64,000 nucleotides of DNA from Salinivirgaceae bacterium (GCA_024405635.1 JAKSOL010000014.1:1-64000); one strand, 5' to 3'. Positions 8,186 through 18,882 are shown, numbered from the stretch's first letter. A program made the numbers and translations. The notes: generated by a model not told the origin, from the letters alone.

Positions 8186-9643
8186 ATGAAACCATTCATA
8201 ACATTTACCAATTATTTGCCTCGAACCCCTTATCGTGTACTTAATCAGCCAGTTACATGGCAAATTAATGAGGGCGAAGTTTGGGCTATTGTTGGTTTAA
8301 ACGGATCTGGCAAATCGTGGTTTATGAGTTTGTTGCGTGGCAATATGCCTGCAGTGAGTGGCAGTGTTCAGTATCATTTTCTTGAAGACGAACGCCAACG
8401 ATTGGGTGATACTTTCCTTTGGCCTGAAAAATTTATTCAACATGTTGGTTTTCAGTCGGTTTATTCAATGTCCGATTTTAAGCAGATGTATTATCAGCAA
8501 AGGTTTAATGCAACAGAGGCAGAATGGGCACCATTGGTGAGTGATTTGTTTTCTAGTGCAATTCCAGAAAACCTGGTTAAGGTGCTTAATCTTGGTCCGT
8601 TGATGAACCGTAGATTAATTCATCTTTCAAGTGGTGAACTTCGCCGTTTAGTAATAGCCAAATCGGCTATGGCAAACCCAAGATTAATGGTGTTTGACAA
8701 TCCGTTTATTGGACTTGATGTTGCAATGCGTTCGCAAATTGATCAACTTTATTCGTCATTTGGGCAGTCGGGAGTGCAAACAATATTCATTTCGCCATCG
8801 ATGCGCGAATTGCCAAGTTCAGTGTCGCATCTTATCCTTTTCGACAAAAATGGCAATGTTGCTTATGTTGGTGAGCGTGGTGCTTGTCCTGAATGGAGTG
8901 GCACCGACGCGGTGCCTTCGGTCGATTGGAGCACAATTCCTCCGATAACAACAATTGATTGCGACCAAATTGTGAATATGAACGATATTGAAATATCGTA
9001 TGGCAACCAAGTTGTTCAGCAACATTTGTCGTGGACCGTCAAGCGTGGCGAAAAATGGGCTTTGCTAGGTCATAATGGTTCGGGCAAATCAACTTTGTTG
9101 AGCTACATTTTTGCCGATAATCCACAAGCTTACGCAAAAAACATCAGTTTGTTTGGCCGTCGACGAGGTACTGGTGAAACCATTTGGGAGATAAAGAAAC
9201 GAATTGGTTACACATCGTCTGAAATGCATTTGTACTATCGCGAGCAGTGCAGTTGCCAGAAGGTGGTTCGTTCGGGCTTTTTCGATAGCATTGGTTTGTT
9301 TCGTAAATGCACTGAAGAGCAAGAGAAAATTGCCGATTTAGTTATGAATAGCCTTGATATTCAATATCTTGCTGATGTGAATTTTTTGAACGCATCGGCA
9401 GGAGAGCAACGTATGGTGCTTTTTGCTCGTGCTTTGGTAAAGAATCCTGAAGTGCTAATTCTTGATGAGCCTTTTCATGGACTTGACGACCGTAACAAGC
9501 GTATTTGCATTAAGGCGGTAAACGATTTTTGTCAGCAAGGAAACAAAACTTTAATTTTTGTTACACATAATCGTGTCGATATCCCGCAATGTGTGAACAA
9601 TACGTTTGAATTGCCCGACAATAGAGATAAATATAGGAAGTAA
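8186..9643 (+). CDS. ModF-like ABC ATPase with two nucleotide-binding domains
   Basis: Two Walker A motifs (GLNGSGKS, GHNGSGKST), LSSGE signature, and the ModF-type motif LFGRRRGTGETIWEIKKRIGY. Confidence 0.85.
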   Translation: MKPFITFTNYLPRTPYRVLNQPVTWQINEGEVWAIVGLNGSGKSWFMSLLRGNMPAVSGSVQYHFLEDERQRLGDTFLWPEKFIQHVGFQSVYSMSDFKQMYYQQRFNATEAEWAPLVSDLFSSAIPENLVKVLNLGPLMNRRLIHLSSGELRRLVIAKSAMANPRLMVFDNPFIGLDVAMRSQIDQLYSSFGQSGVQTIFISPSMRELPSSVSHLILFDKNGNVAYVGERGACPEWSGTDAVPSVDWSTIPPITTIDCDQIVNMNDIEISYGNQVVQQHLSWTVKRGEKWALLGHNGSGKSTLLSYIFADNPQAYAKNISLFGRRRGTGETIWEIKKRIGYTSSEMHLYYREQCSCQKVVRSGFFDSIGLFRKCTEEQEKIADLVMNSLDIQYLADVNFLNASAGEQRMVLFARALVKNPEVLILDEPFHGLDDRNKRICIKAVNDFCQQGNKTLIFVTHNRVDIPQCVNNTFELPDNRDKYRK

Positions 9644-9694
9644 ACGTTTTATCGCTACATTATTTGTTGGTTTACAGGGTAATAGATACCTCTC

Positions 9695-10174
9695 CTAATC
9701 TTTCTGTAAAAGAACAACGGCATAGGCTGACATGCCTTCTTCTCGGCCTTCAAATCCTAGTTTTTCGGTTGTTGTGGCTTTTATTGAAATGTCGTCAACA
9801 TCAATGCCGCAAACATTGGCTAGGGTTTGTTGCATTTGAGGAATAAACGATTTTACCTTGGGTCGTTGAAGGCAAATTGATGAGTCGATGTTGTTTATTT
9901 CAAAACCTTTGCCTCGTATTAAATCGACTGTTTTTTTTAGAATAATTTTACTGTCAATGCCGTCAAATTCGTCAGAATTGTCGGGAAAGTGATAGCCAAT
10001 ATCGCGCATGTTAGCAGCGCCTAGCATAGCATCACAAATGGCATGTATAAGAGTATCACCATCTGAATGACCAAGAGGACCTTTTGTGTGGGGAATTTCA
10101 ATGCCGCCAACTACCATTTTTCTTCCTTCGGTAAGTTGGTGAACGTCAATGCCTAAGCCAATACGCAGTTTCAT
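9695..10174 (-). CDS. ispF: 2-C-methyl-D-erythritol 2,4-cyclodiphosphate synthase
   Basis: RIGLGIDVH, GHSDGD, DIGYHFPD and KATTTEKLGFEGR motifs. Confidence 0.97.
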   Translation of the reverse strand: MKLRIGLGIDVHQLTEGRKMVVGGIEIPHTKGPLGHSDGDTLIHAICDAMLGAANMRDIGYHFPDNSDEFDGIDSKIILKKTVDLIRGKGFEINNIDSSICLQRPKVKSFIPQMQQTLANVCGIDVDDISIKATTTEKLGFEGREEGMSAYAVVLLQKD

Positions 10175-11385
10175 TATTGTTTCAAATTTTCAAAATCCAT
10201 TGTTAGAGAGAAACGCCAAGTGTTTCTAAGTGGGCTAGTAGAAAAGTTTCCTGCAGGAATTAGGTACGAAAAATCTAAACCTAAAACATTCATTTTTAAA
10301 CCAACGCCTGCGGTAAAGTATTTTCGGTTTCCTTTGGTTTTGTTTTCGTGAAAGTATCCGGCACGAACAGCAAATTGGTCAGCGTAAACATATTCGCCAC
10401 CAATTGAGTAGCTAAACTCGTGTAGTTCTTCTTTAAATCCATCGGGAGCATCGTTAAACGATTGCAATGCGCCTGCGATAACACCAACATTGTTGCTTTT
10501 GCCTTTGTATATCACACGGTTGCCCTCTTCGTCGGTTGAGTCTTGGTAATAGCGTGGTGGGGTAGGCACCAAAAGCTTATTGATGTCAACAGCGGCCATG
10601 AATTTATTGTATCGGTCAATTTCAATTGTCATAGAACCTCCAATACGAAGGTTTGTAGGAATAAAGTTCTTTTCATCGGCTGTGTAACCAAGTTTTGGAC
10701 CAAGGTTGGAGATGTTGAAACCGGCCGCCCACGATCCTGCATATTCGCCAAGTTTAATTTTGTCGGTGTAGTAACCGTTAATGTCAATGGCAAATGTTTT
10801 TCCGCTTTGAGTGGCTTCGGCGCCTTCGCCAGCTTGTCCGCCAGTTAGGTTCGATAGAATGAAACGTCCAGCCAAGCCAAGCGAAAAGTTGTCGGTTAAT
10901 CGGCGGTTGTACGATGCGTCAAGTGCAAATTCATGTGGTGAGTATGAGCCAAGTGAGTTGCCTGAGTTGTCGGTAAAGTTTACGTTTCCCATGGTAAAGT
11001 ATCGTAAACTGGCGCCAACTGTTTGGTTTTTGTCCATATTAACAAAGCCCGATAGGTAGGCAAGGTTCATGTCGTTTATTAGTTGACGCAACCAAGGAAC
11101 ATAGGTTATAGCTAAACCGTATGGTTTTTCGGCAAAAGCTAGTTTTGACGAGTTCCATGCTTGTGAATAAGCATCGGGAGTGGTTGCAACACCAGCATCG
11201 CCCATTGCTCCTGCTCGCGAGTCGGGTGCAATCATTAAGAATGTAACTGCTGTGTTTATTGCGTTTGACGAACCTTCTTGTCCAAGTACCTCGTCGTAGT
11301 TTTGTGCGAATGTTGTGCTGCACAATGCCATTAGCGACGCAAGGATTAAACGTTTTTTCATAGTAGGGTATATAAATCGCGACAA
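10174..11385 (-). CDS. porV: T9SS outer-membrane shuttle protein PorV
   Basis: TAVTFLMIAPDSRAGAMGDAGVAT, YVPWLRQL and RAGYFHENKTKGNRKYFT; lies between porU and ispF. Confidence 0.93.
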   Translation of the reverse strand: MSRFIYPTMKKRLILASLMALCSTTFAQNYDEVLGQEGSSNAINTAVTFLMIAPDSRAGAMGDAGVATTPDAYSQAWNSSKLAFAEKPYGLAITYVPWLRQLINDMNLAYLSGFVNMDKNQTVGASLRYFTMGNVNFTDNSGNSLGSYSPHEFALDASYNRRLTDNFSLGLAGRFILSNLTGGQAGEGAEATQSGKTFAIDINGYYTDKIKLGEYAGSWAAGFNISNLGPKLGYTADEKNFIPTNLRIGGSMTIEIDRYNKFMAAVDINKLLVPTPPRYYQDSTDEEGNRVIYKGKSNNVGVIAGALQSFNDAPDGFKEELHEFSYSIGGEYVYADQFAVRAGYFHENKTKGNRKYFTAGVGLKMNVLGLDFSYLIPAGNFSTSPLRNTWRFSLTMDFENLKQ

Positions 11386-11418
11386 ATGTATAAATATTAA
11401 ACTTAACTACTTTATGTG

Positions 11419-14400
11419 TTATTTATTGTGTGATATGACCAATTTTGCCGATTTGTATGATTCATCATTGTTGTTGCTCACTTTTACTCGGTATATGTAT
11501 ATGCCGTCTTGTAATTCGGAGGTGCAAGAATTTGTGTTCCAATCTATTTGAGTTTTTGTGTTGTTGCAGTTGCCGTTTACTGTTGCAACTTTTCGGCCCG
11601 AGCAATCAAAAATTTCAATGCTAACTTTAGTGTTGCTTGCTGTTTGATTGTGGTTTATGGTAAAGGTTGTGTGTTTGTTCATAGGGTTGGGCGCGCAACT
11701 AATATTGCCTATTGCCACTGTTTCTTGCGATTTTACAACGAATGATATTTCAGCCTCCGATGGGTTGTTGTATATGTCCCAAACCTTCAGCTTTAATGTG
11801 TGTCGGCCATTGCTCAAGTTGTTTAGTCGATATTGAAGTTCTCCACAGTTTGACTGGTTGATTAAACCTTCGTAGTATTCGTTAAGTATAATTTTGTTTG
11901 ATGCGTCGTTGTCAATGGTGGCTGTAATGTTGTGCCCAATTCCGTTGCCTGTGGTGTTTATTCCTGAATGGTCGAATATTCGGGCAAGCAAAAGCGGATT
12001 GTTGTTTGTAAAACCTCCATCAATAAACGTTGTGTCGTTTATAAATAGTTGTATTTCTGGGCCATCAAAGTCGCTAATTGATAGGTTGTTATTTGTTCCT
12101 CCAATTATAATATTTGACGAATAGCCGTTTGCGTCGGTTGAGTCGAAAATGGCATAAAGGCTTATTTTACCATTGCCATATGAGTAGTTAATGTCTTTAG
12201 GTGCAATGAATGACAGGTTGAAAAAACCATCTTCAACTGATGCTTTCCCATTGTAAATGATGCTGTTTTGAATTTCAAAATTGATAATAGGAGAGTCTTC
12301 GTCGTTGCCAAGTGTTGATAGTTGTCTTGGTTTGTCGTAAATAGTTGCTTGTAAAGTTCCGTTTTTGCTAATTAAATCACCATTCTTGTCAATAATGTAT
12401 CCTGAAATTGTGATGGTGTCAAGAGCATGTAAAGTGTCACAAATTTCGGTTATTGCGTGCCCGTTTATTTGCGATACATAAACTTTGTTCTGCGGAATGT
12501 TGATTTTTAGAGCAGGGTCGCCAAGCAATACAAAACAGCGTTTGTTGGTTTCCGATAACCCGCCAGTATTGTTTTTTGCAATGCGCACAATGTCGCCCAA
12601 ACGAAGGTTGTTGTTAAATGCGTTTTTGAAAAAATTGTTTGCCAACTCGGTGTTTCCAGAGTTGTATGCAACGCGTGACGAAGTTAGAGCGGCAATGCCT
12701 CCTCCCTCGGCGTTTAATAAGAAACATTCACATAGCGAAGTGTATTTGTGATCATCAAATCGACCTACTTCGCAACTGGCTGTAATTAGTATTGGATATT
12801 TTTCACCGTTCTTAAGTTCTTGAACCTCAGATGTTGACAAAATTGTTTCGTGGGCAATTTTACGTGGATTGCCATGTCCAATGTAACCAATAATTGAACA
12901 GCCCGAGGCAATTTGTTTTTTTATGTTTTCGTTTGCAGTAGGGTAGGTTTGTCCCGATGAACTTGACTCTTGTTTGTGCGCGTCAATATAAATTTTTGCA
13001 ATGTTACATTCAGGTGCTTGCTCGCTTATGGTTGCGCTTAAAATTTCGCTTGTTCGCACAAAAACGCCATCTTCTTCGTCGTCGGCTATAAAGGCAATTG
13101 TGTTGCGCCAACTACCCAATGTTTTTCCTGATAAGTAGGCCTCGATTTTGTTTACAATTGTTTCAGCCTCATCAATGGTTGATGCGGGTAACCTACCAAT
13201 ACTAATATCCATTGTTCCAGTTAGTTCTCCTTCGTCGTTGTCAAGCATTCCAAAAAAATCGTCGCTTGTGTAACTTTCGGCTTCTGACTCTGATTCTGCC
13301 GATTGGTATGTTGGCAAAATGTTTTGATTGCTTTTTAATATGTTTCGGTTGTCGTAAGTGCCATCGCCAAATAATAATAAGTATTTGAAATTGACGTTGT
13401 GCTGATGTTGTTGCCTAGCAAAGTTCCTAATTGCAGCAACATCGGGAGTGCCGCCTGAAAACTCGTTGTATATTTCATCTATGCTCACAACGGCTACATT
13501 TAACTTGTCGTGGATGTGGTGTAATTTTGAAAGTCGGTTTGCTTGTTCAATAAAATTTGATGGAGCTACAATAATCATGTCGGCCGACATTCCGTGTAGA
13601 TTTTGGCTACTAATTGGCCCCACATCGGTTCCATTAATAATAGGAGAGCGCAACTTGTTGGTTGAAAAGGCTACAAAACGTTGAATACTTTTGTTGGCCT
13701 CAAATGTAAAGCGACACTCTTCGTTATTTAATGTTAGTTCAACTTCTTTAGGACAAGTAACGTTGCTTATATTCCATATTTTTAAGTCCGATGCGTTGCT
13801 GATAATCACCTCGGTGCATTTGTGATTTGCCGATTGCGCATCTTGAATAAACATTTGGCGCTTATGGTTGAAAATAAGTTTTTCGCGTGCTGTTAAGCCA
13901 ATGGCATCAATATAACCTTCTGATGTGTTATTTGGACTGTTGAATTTACAGTTGATTGCAATGGAGTTTTGTTTGCTACTGAAGTTGAATGTATTGCAAT
14001 AATATGTTGCATATCGATATGTTGTGTAGCTATTTGGTATGTTCACATTTGCAATTTCGGCTCCGTTTGTAGTTAAAGTAAAAAATGTGGAACCTACACC
14101 ATATTCTTTTCGCCCTGCAATTGCCACAAATCCACGTATTTCGGTGTCGGCTTGCAAATTATTGAAATGAAATGTGCAGTTGGTTGAGTTACCTGGAAGC
14201 ATTTTGTTGCCATACCATCTTCGTCCTGATGACACAAGGTTGCATTTGTCTTCTTCAAAAAACAAATAATTGTCGTAACTGTTTGTTGTATAATCAATTT
14301 TATGTGTTGTTTTTTCTGCAATTTCAACTCTCTTGCCTTCCCCTAAACTTGATGTAAGTAGCAAATAAGTATAGTTTGAATAACTGTTTTGTGTATGGAC

Positions 14401-14784
14401 GAATAAATTGTTTACAGAATCGTAATCGAGGGTTGTTGGTCCCTCAACAAAAAAGTACACAAAGTCGCCCGTGTTGAAAATTCCGTCGCTGCCATTTTCT
14501 ACCGCAATTGGGATTTCGTTCACGTCGTCAAATGAATAGTCGTTGTTGTAAAGTGGTAAGTTTTTTCCACCGTAACTATATAATCTAACATCTTTTGGTG
14601 AGCTGATTCCTATTTTCTGTAACTCATCAAATGTGAGTTTGAAAACACCGCTAGTATCCACTTTTATTTTGAACCAATCGCCAGATTCTAATAGCGATTT
14701 ATGAGCAAACGAATTGTTGCTTTGAGCCGATAGTTCAAAACAAACAGTAGAAAGTAAAAGCAAGAAATATAGCAGTTTGCGCAT
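11419..14784 (-). CDS. porU: T9SS sortase PorU (peptidase C25 family)
   Basis: GDWFKIKVDTSGVFKL, LLLFGDGTYD, catalytic GHG and TASCEVGRFD, LLGDPAL, and a C-terminal CTD. Start moved to ATG 14784 (MRKLLYF signal peptide). Confidence 0.92.
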   Translation of the reverse strand: MRKLLYFLLLLSTVCFELSAQSNNSFAHKSLLESGDWFKIKVDTSGVFKLTFDELQKIGISSPKDVRLYSYGGKNLPLYNNDYSFDDVNEIPIAVENGSDGIFNTGDFVYFFVEGPTTLDYDSVNNLFVHTQNSYSNYTYLLLTSSLGEGKRVEIAEKTTHKIDYTTNSYDNYLFFEEDKCNLVSSGRRWYGNKMLPGNSTNCTFHFNNLQADTEIRGFVAIAGRKEYGVGSTFFTLTTNGAEIANVNIPNSYTTYRYATYYCNTFNFSSKQNSIAINCKFNSPNNTSEGYIDAIGLTAREKLIFNHKRQMFIQDAQSANHKCTEVIISNASDLKIWNISNVTCPKEVELTLNNEECRFTFEANKSIQRFVAFSTNKLRSPIINGTDVGPISSQNLHGMSADMIIVAPSNFIEQANRLSKLHHIHDKLNVAVVSIDEIYNEFSGGTPDVAAIRNFARQQHQHNVNFKYLLLFGDGTYDNRNILKSNQNILPTYQSAESESEAESYTSDDFFGMLDNDEGELTGTMDISIGRLPASTIDEAETIVNKIEAYLSGKTLGSWRNTIAFIADDEEDGVFVRTSEILSATISEQAPECNIAKIYIDAHKQESSSSGQTYPTANENIKKQIASGCSIIGYIGHGNPRKIAHETILSTSEVQELKNGEKYPILITASCEVGRFDDHKYTSLCECFLLNAEGGGIAALTSSRVAYNSGNTELANNFFKNAFNNNLRLGDIVRIAKNNTGGLSETNKRCFVLLGDPALKINIPQNKVYVSQINGHAITEICDTLHALDTITISGYIIDKNGDLISKNGTLQATIYDKPRQLSTLGNDEDSPIINFEIQNSIIYNGKASVEDGFFNLSFIAPKDINYSYGNGKISLYAIFDSTDANGYSSNIIIGGTNNNLSISDFDGPEIQLFINDTTFIDGGFTNNNPLLLARIFDHSGINTTGNGIGHNITATIDNDASNKIILNEYYEGLINQSNCGELQYRLNNLSNGRHTLKLKVWDIYNNPSEAEISFVVKSQETVAIGNISCAPNPMNKHTTFTINHNQTASNTKVSIEIFDCSGRKVATVNGNCNNTKTQIDWNTNSCTSELQDGIYIYRVKVSNNNDESYKSAKLVISHNK

Positions 14785-14959
14785 ATATATAGATGTCGTT
14801 ACAAAGCGTGTAAAAATAATAAAGACAAAATTTTCAGCAATTTTTAATATGCAACTTGCCCAACCTTGAGTTTCATAATTAAAAAATATAGAATGATTAG
14901 TCGTTTTTTTGTTGCGGTAACAATGTTCTAACACATTAATATCTACTTTTATTCCCGAT

Positions 14960-15904
14960 ATGCAAATTCGTATAGTACATCGTATTTCGCTGATTTTGAT
15001 GTGTTTGTGTCCAGTTTTTATGCAAGCACAAGATGTGCCTATAAGTCAGTGGCTTAACAATGTGATGTATCAATCGCCATCGTGGGCTGGTTTTACTGGT
15101 AAACTGCGAGCAAATGCTTTCTATCGAAATCAATGGCCAATGTCTAATGCTGAATTGTCGTACGGAGGTTTTTTTGTAGATGCACCTTTAACATCTAAAG
15201 TAGGTTGTTCGGTTGGAGTAGTTGACGAAAAAAACTCTTTATATAATAACATTGATATTTCAACGGCTGGCAGTTATTTGTTAGCCATAACACGTAGCGT
15301 GCACATTTCTTTTGGAATAAAACTAGGACTTTCACAAACAAGTCTTTCGGTTGGAGAACTTGAGTTTGAAAATCCAGAAACTGTAGGCCAATCAACTTCT
15401 CCACTTCGATTTGATTCGGGATTAGGAACGTCGGTAGTATTTAATAATTGGTATGCTGTTTTAGTTGCCGACCATCTAAATCGACCATACATTGGAATTT
15501 CTGAAATAGAATCAAATAGAGTCAATGCAAAATTGACCTTCGGATTGAGTCGGATTTTTTATTGCGAAACTGGATTTAGAAAGCCACAAGTGAGCATTAT
15601 TCCGAATATTTTTTACCAACAACAAGGAATCCAACAAAATTTACAACTAGGAATTATTACGCAGTATAGAGTAATAGAAATAGGCTTTTGGGGAAGAAAA
15701 GGTTTTAACAATGGACAGACTAATGCTATTATAGGGTTGGGATACAATGGTTTACATTCGCGATTAATGTATAGTTATGATGCAAATTTGTGCAAAAAAA
15801 TAAAAGGAAACGGAGGCGCACATGAGTTGTCGTTGACTTGGCTTTTTGATATTGAAAAAGAAAAAAAGAAGAAAATGATAGAGTGCCCTTCTTTTTTGCA
15901 TTAA
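14960..15904 (+). CDS. PorP/SprF family T9SS outer-membrane protein
   Basis: AQDVPISQW..SPSWAG, YRNQWP and YSYD...GGAHELSL motifs. Confidence 0.9.
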   Translation: MQIRIVHRISLILMCLCPVFMQAQDVPISQWLNNVMYQSPSWAGFTGKLRANAFYRNQWPMSNAELSYGGFFVDAPLTSKVGCSVGVVDEKNSLYNNIDISTAGSYLLAITRSVHISFGIKLGLSQTSLSVGELEFENPETVGQSTSPLRFDSGLGTSVVFNNWYAVLVADHLNRPYIGISEIESNRVNAKLTFGLSRIFYCETGFRKPQVSIIPNIFYQQQGIQQNLQLGIITQYRVIEIGFWGRKGFNNGQTNAIIGLGYNGLHSRLMYSYDANLCKKIKGNGGAHELSLTWLFDIEKEKKKKMIECPSFLH

Positions 15905-15973
15905 AAAATATTTCATTTTGGATTTTATCTATATTTGTCAACGCAATATGATATTGAAATAAATATAAGTTTT

Positions 15974-17452
15974 ATGAAGATTAACCTTTCAAACATTGTG
16001 GCTTGTGCGGCAGTTGCACTGTTAGCATCATGCTCACATGAAGTATCTCACACAACAGGTTGGGAGTATAACTTATCAGATAATGGCGGTTTTGAGAAAT
16101 TCGTAGGCGAATACATTCAAGAAACTGGTCCTGGTTTGGTTTTTATTGAAGGTGGTACCTTTACAATGGGCCGAGTAGAACAAGACGTGTTGTACGATTG
16201 GAACAATATGCCACGTCGAGTTTCAGTTTCATCGTTCTATATGGATGAAACAGAGGTTTCAAACCTTGATTATCGTGAGTATTTGTATTGGATTTCGCGT
16301 GTGTTTAGCGAGTATCCTGAGGTTTATAAAAAGAATTTGCCAGATACATTGGTTTGGCGTCGTAAATTGGCTTACAATGAACCTTATGTTGAGTACTATT
16401 TCCGTCACCCAGCATATCAAGACTATCCAGTAGTTGGTGTTAATTGGTTGCAAGCTAATGACTATTGCGCATGGCGTACTGACCGCGTAAACGAACGCAT
16501 CTTGATTAACCAAGGCTTTTTGTTGGAAGATCCAAACCAACAAGGTAGTCAAAACTTCAACACTGAGGCATATTTAGCACATCAGTATGAAGGCGCAGTT
16601 GGTTCTGAAATTGAAGACCTTGATCCAAATAAAGATTATCGTAAGGTAAGAATGGAAGATGGTATTCTTCTTCCAAAATATCGTCTCCCCACAGAGGCTG
16701 AATGGGAATTTGCAGCTCTTTCAATTGTAGGAACTTCAGTAGGTGAGCGCGTATATGAACGTAAGATTTATCCATGGGCAGGCGATGGTTTCCGTAACCC
16801 TTCTTCGTCTGATAGAGGTCGCATTATGGCAAATGCGGTTCGTGGACGTGGTGACATGATGGGTGTTGCAGGTGCTTTGAACGATAATGCAGATATTACA
16901 GCTCCTGTATTCTCATACTGGCCAAACGATTACGGTTTGTATTGCATGGCAGGTAATGTTAACGAGTGGGTTGCTGATGTGTACAGAACAATGAGCCCAA
17001 AAGATGTTGATGAATTCCGCCCATTCCGTGGTAATGTATTCAAAACATTGGTTCGTGACGAAGAGGGTAATGTGGCAGAAAAAGATAGTTTGGGTCGCCT
17101 ACGTTATCGTGAGGTATCAGAAGATGAGGTTGTTGACCGCAGAAATTATCAAGGAGCCGATAACATTAACTTCCTTGATGGTGACTTTGAGTCAAGCCTT
17201 GACTATTCAAATGAAGATGCAAGCAAAGCAAGAGGTTCTCAACGTATGTACTTTAATGGTGTTGACCGCAAAGACAATAATGCAACATCGTTGGTTAGCG
17301 ACCATGTGAGAGTATATAAAGGTGGTTCGTGGAGAGATAGGATTTATTGGTTGGGTGCTGGAACTCGCCGATTCCTAGACGAAAACTTGAGCCAAGACGA
17401 CCTTGGTTTCCGTTGCGCTATGACTCGCGTTGGAGACTCAAAAGGAAACTAA
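15974..17452 (+). CDS. gldJ: Gliding-motility lipoprotein GldJ (FGE-sulfatase fold)
   Basis: Lipobox LASC, TTGWEYN, GPGLVFIEGGTFTMG, RLPTEAEWE and GFRCAM; lies between the porU/porP genes and murF. Start set at ATG 15974. Confidence 0.82.
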   Translation: MKINLSNIVACAAVALLASCSHEVSHTTGWEYNLSDNGGFEKFVGEYIQETGPGLVFIEGGTFTMGRVEQDVLYDWNNMPRRVSVSSFYMDETEVSNLDYREYLYWISRVFSEYPEVYKKNLPDTLVWRRKLAYNEPYVEYYFRHPAYQDYPVVGVNWLQANDYCAWRTDRVNERILINQGFLLEDPNQQGSQNFNTEAYLAHQYEGAVGSEIEDLDPNKDYRKVRMEDGILLPKYRLPTEAEWEFAALSIVGTSVGERVYERKIYPWAGDGFRNPSSSDRGRIMANAVRGRGDMMGVAGALNDNADITAPVFSYWPNDYGLYCMAGNVNEWVADVYRTMSPKDVDEFRPFRGNVFKTLVRDEEGNVAEKDSLGRLRYREVSEDEVVDRRNYQGADNINFLDGDFESSLDYSNEDASKARGSQRMYFNGVDRKDNNATSLVSDHVRVYKGGSWRDRIYWLGAGTRRFLDENLSQDDLGFRCAMTRVGDSKGN

Positions 17453-17471
17453 TAATTTTTTGAACTATATG

Positions 17472-17505
17472 AAGGTTTCTTCTCAGTAGAGAGGAAACCT
17501 TTTTT
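17472..17505 (+). terminator. Intrinsic terminator after gldJ
   Basis: AAGGTTTCTTCTC-AGTA-GAGAGGAAACCTTTTTT. Confidence 0.7.
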
Positions 17506-17524
17506 ATTAATAAAGTTTGCATCT

Positions 17525-18862
17525 ATGAACATAATGAGCACATCTGACTTATATGAGCTATTTTTAAAGTATCCTCATGTATGTATTGATAGTCGCAAGG
17601 CAACTGAAGATTCAATTTTCTTTGCATTGAAAGGTGATAAGCAAGATGGTAATCAGTATGCCAGCCAAGCTTTGGAAAAATGCCCTTATGCAGTGGTTGA
17701 CGATCCTATGGTTGTTAATAGCGATCGTTACATTCTTGTTGATGATGCATTGGCTAAATTGCAAAACCTTGCTACATATCATCGTAAGCGTTTGGGGTTG
17801 CCAATACTTGCAATTACAGGAACCAATGGAAAAACAACAACAAAAGAGTTGACGGCTGCTGTTTTAAAGAAAAAATATAATGTAGCATATACTCAAGGTA
17901 ATTTGAATAACCATATTGGGGTACCATTGACTTTGCTTTCAATGACTAAGGAACACGATTTTGGTGTGGTTGAGATGGGGGCTAGTCATGGTGGCGAAAT
18001 TGAAAAGCTTTGTAAGATTGCATTGCCTGATTTTGGTATTATTACCAACGTTGGTAAAGCCCATATAGAAGGTTTTGGTTCGTATGAGGGAGTTAAAAAT
18101 GCAAAGGCAGAATTGTATCGTTACTTGCATGATAATGATGGTTTAGCTTTTGTTAATTATGATGACGAAACGCTTGAAGATATGGAACCACCTCATAATA
18201 TTTTTTATTATGGAACTAAAATCTTTACCCATTGTCAAGGATTAGTGGTTAGTTGTGATCCATTTTTGACATTTAAGTGGATACCTTCAGACGATGTTAT
18301 TGATGATGAAACAGATGTTATAGACAATGATTTGTATACTGTTCATACTCAATTGTTTGGAGAGTATAATTTCAATAATGCAATGGCAGCGCTTTCTGTT
18401 GGCCGTAAATTTGGCGTTTCTGTTGCCGATATTAAGTCGGCAATTGAGAATTATATACCAACAAATAATAGGTCGCAAATAACCAAAACAGATAAGAATA
18501 CATTGTTGCTTGATTGCTATAATGCAAATCCATCGAGCATGCAAGTGGCATTGCGTAATTTTGCCAAACTAACAGCTGAGAATAAAGTTTTGATGTTGGG
18601 AGAAATGCGAGAGTTGGGAGAATCTTCGGCTCGTGAGCATAGTGCTGTACTTGCTTTGGCTGAGGAACTTGGTTTTGACGATGTTTATTTAGTTGGCAAA
18701 AATTTTATGGGAGTCAATGGTTATACTGATTTTCATAGATTTGAAACTGTTGAGGATTTGATATCGCATCTTGATAAGGTGAAAATCTCACAATCAACTA
18801 TTATGATTAAAGGCTCAAATGGAACACACATGATAAAAATTGTTGAAGCAAATGTATTGTAG
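17525..18862 (+). CDS. murF: UDP-N-acetylmuramoyl-tripeptide--D-Ala-D-Ala ligase
   Basis: ITGTNGKTTTKE, GNLNNHIGVP, VVEMGA and DCYNANPSSM motifs. Confidence 0.96.
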   Translation: MNIMSTSDLYELFLKYPHVCIDSRKATEDSIFFALKGDKQDGNQYASQALEKCPYAVVDDPMVVNSDRYILVDDALAKLQNLATYHRKRLGLPILAITGTNGKTTTKELTAAVLKKKYNVAYTQGNLNNHIGVPLTLLSMTKEHDFGVVEMGASHGGEIEKLCKIALPDFGIITNVGKAHIEGFGSYEGVKNAKAELYRYLHDNDGLAFVNYDDETLEDMEPPHNIFYYGTKIFTHCQGLVVSCDPFLTFKWIPSDDVIDDETDVIDNDLYTVHTQLFGEYNFNNAMAALSVGRKFGVSVADIKSAIENYIPTNNRSQITKTDKNTLLLDCYNANPSSMQVALRNFAKLTAENKVLMLGEMRELGESSAREHSAVLALAEELGFDDVYLVGKNFMGVNGYTDFHRFETVEDLISHLDKVKISQSTIMIKGSNGTHMIKIVEANVL

Positions 18863-18882
18863 TGTGTTACTTTATTGGTAAT

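Noticed and set aside
14785-14934. Longer N-termini from the ORF track for porU (likewise ompH, gldJ, the TPR protein and the barrel)
   Set aside because: Downstream ATGs give proper signal peptides, and the extensions run through promoter regions or neighbouring genes.
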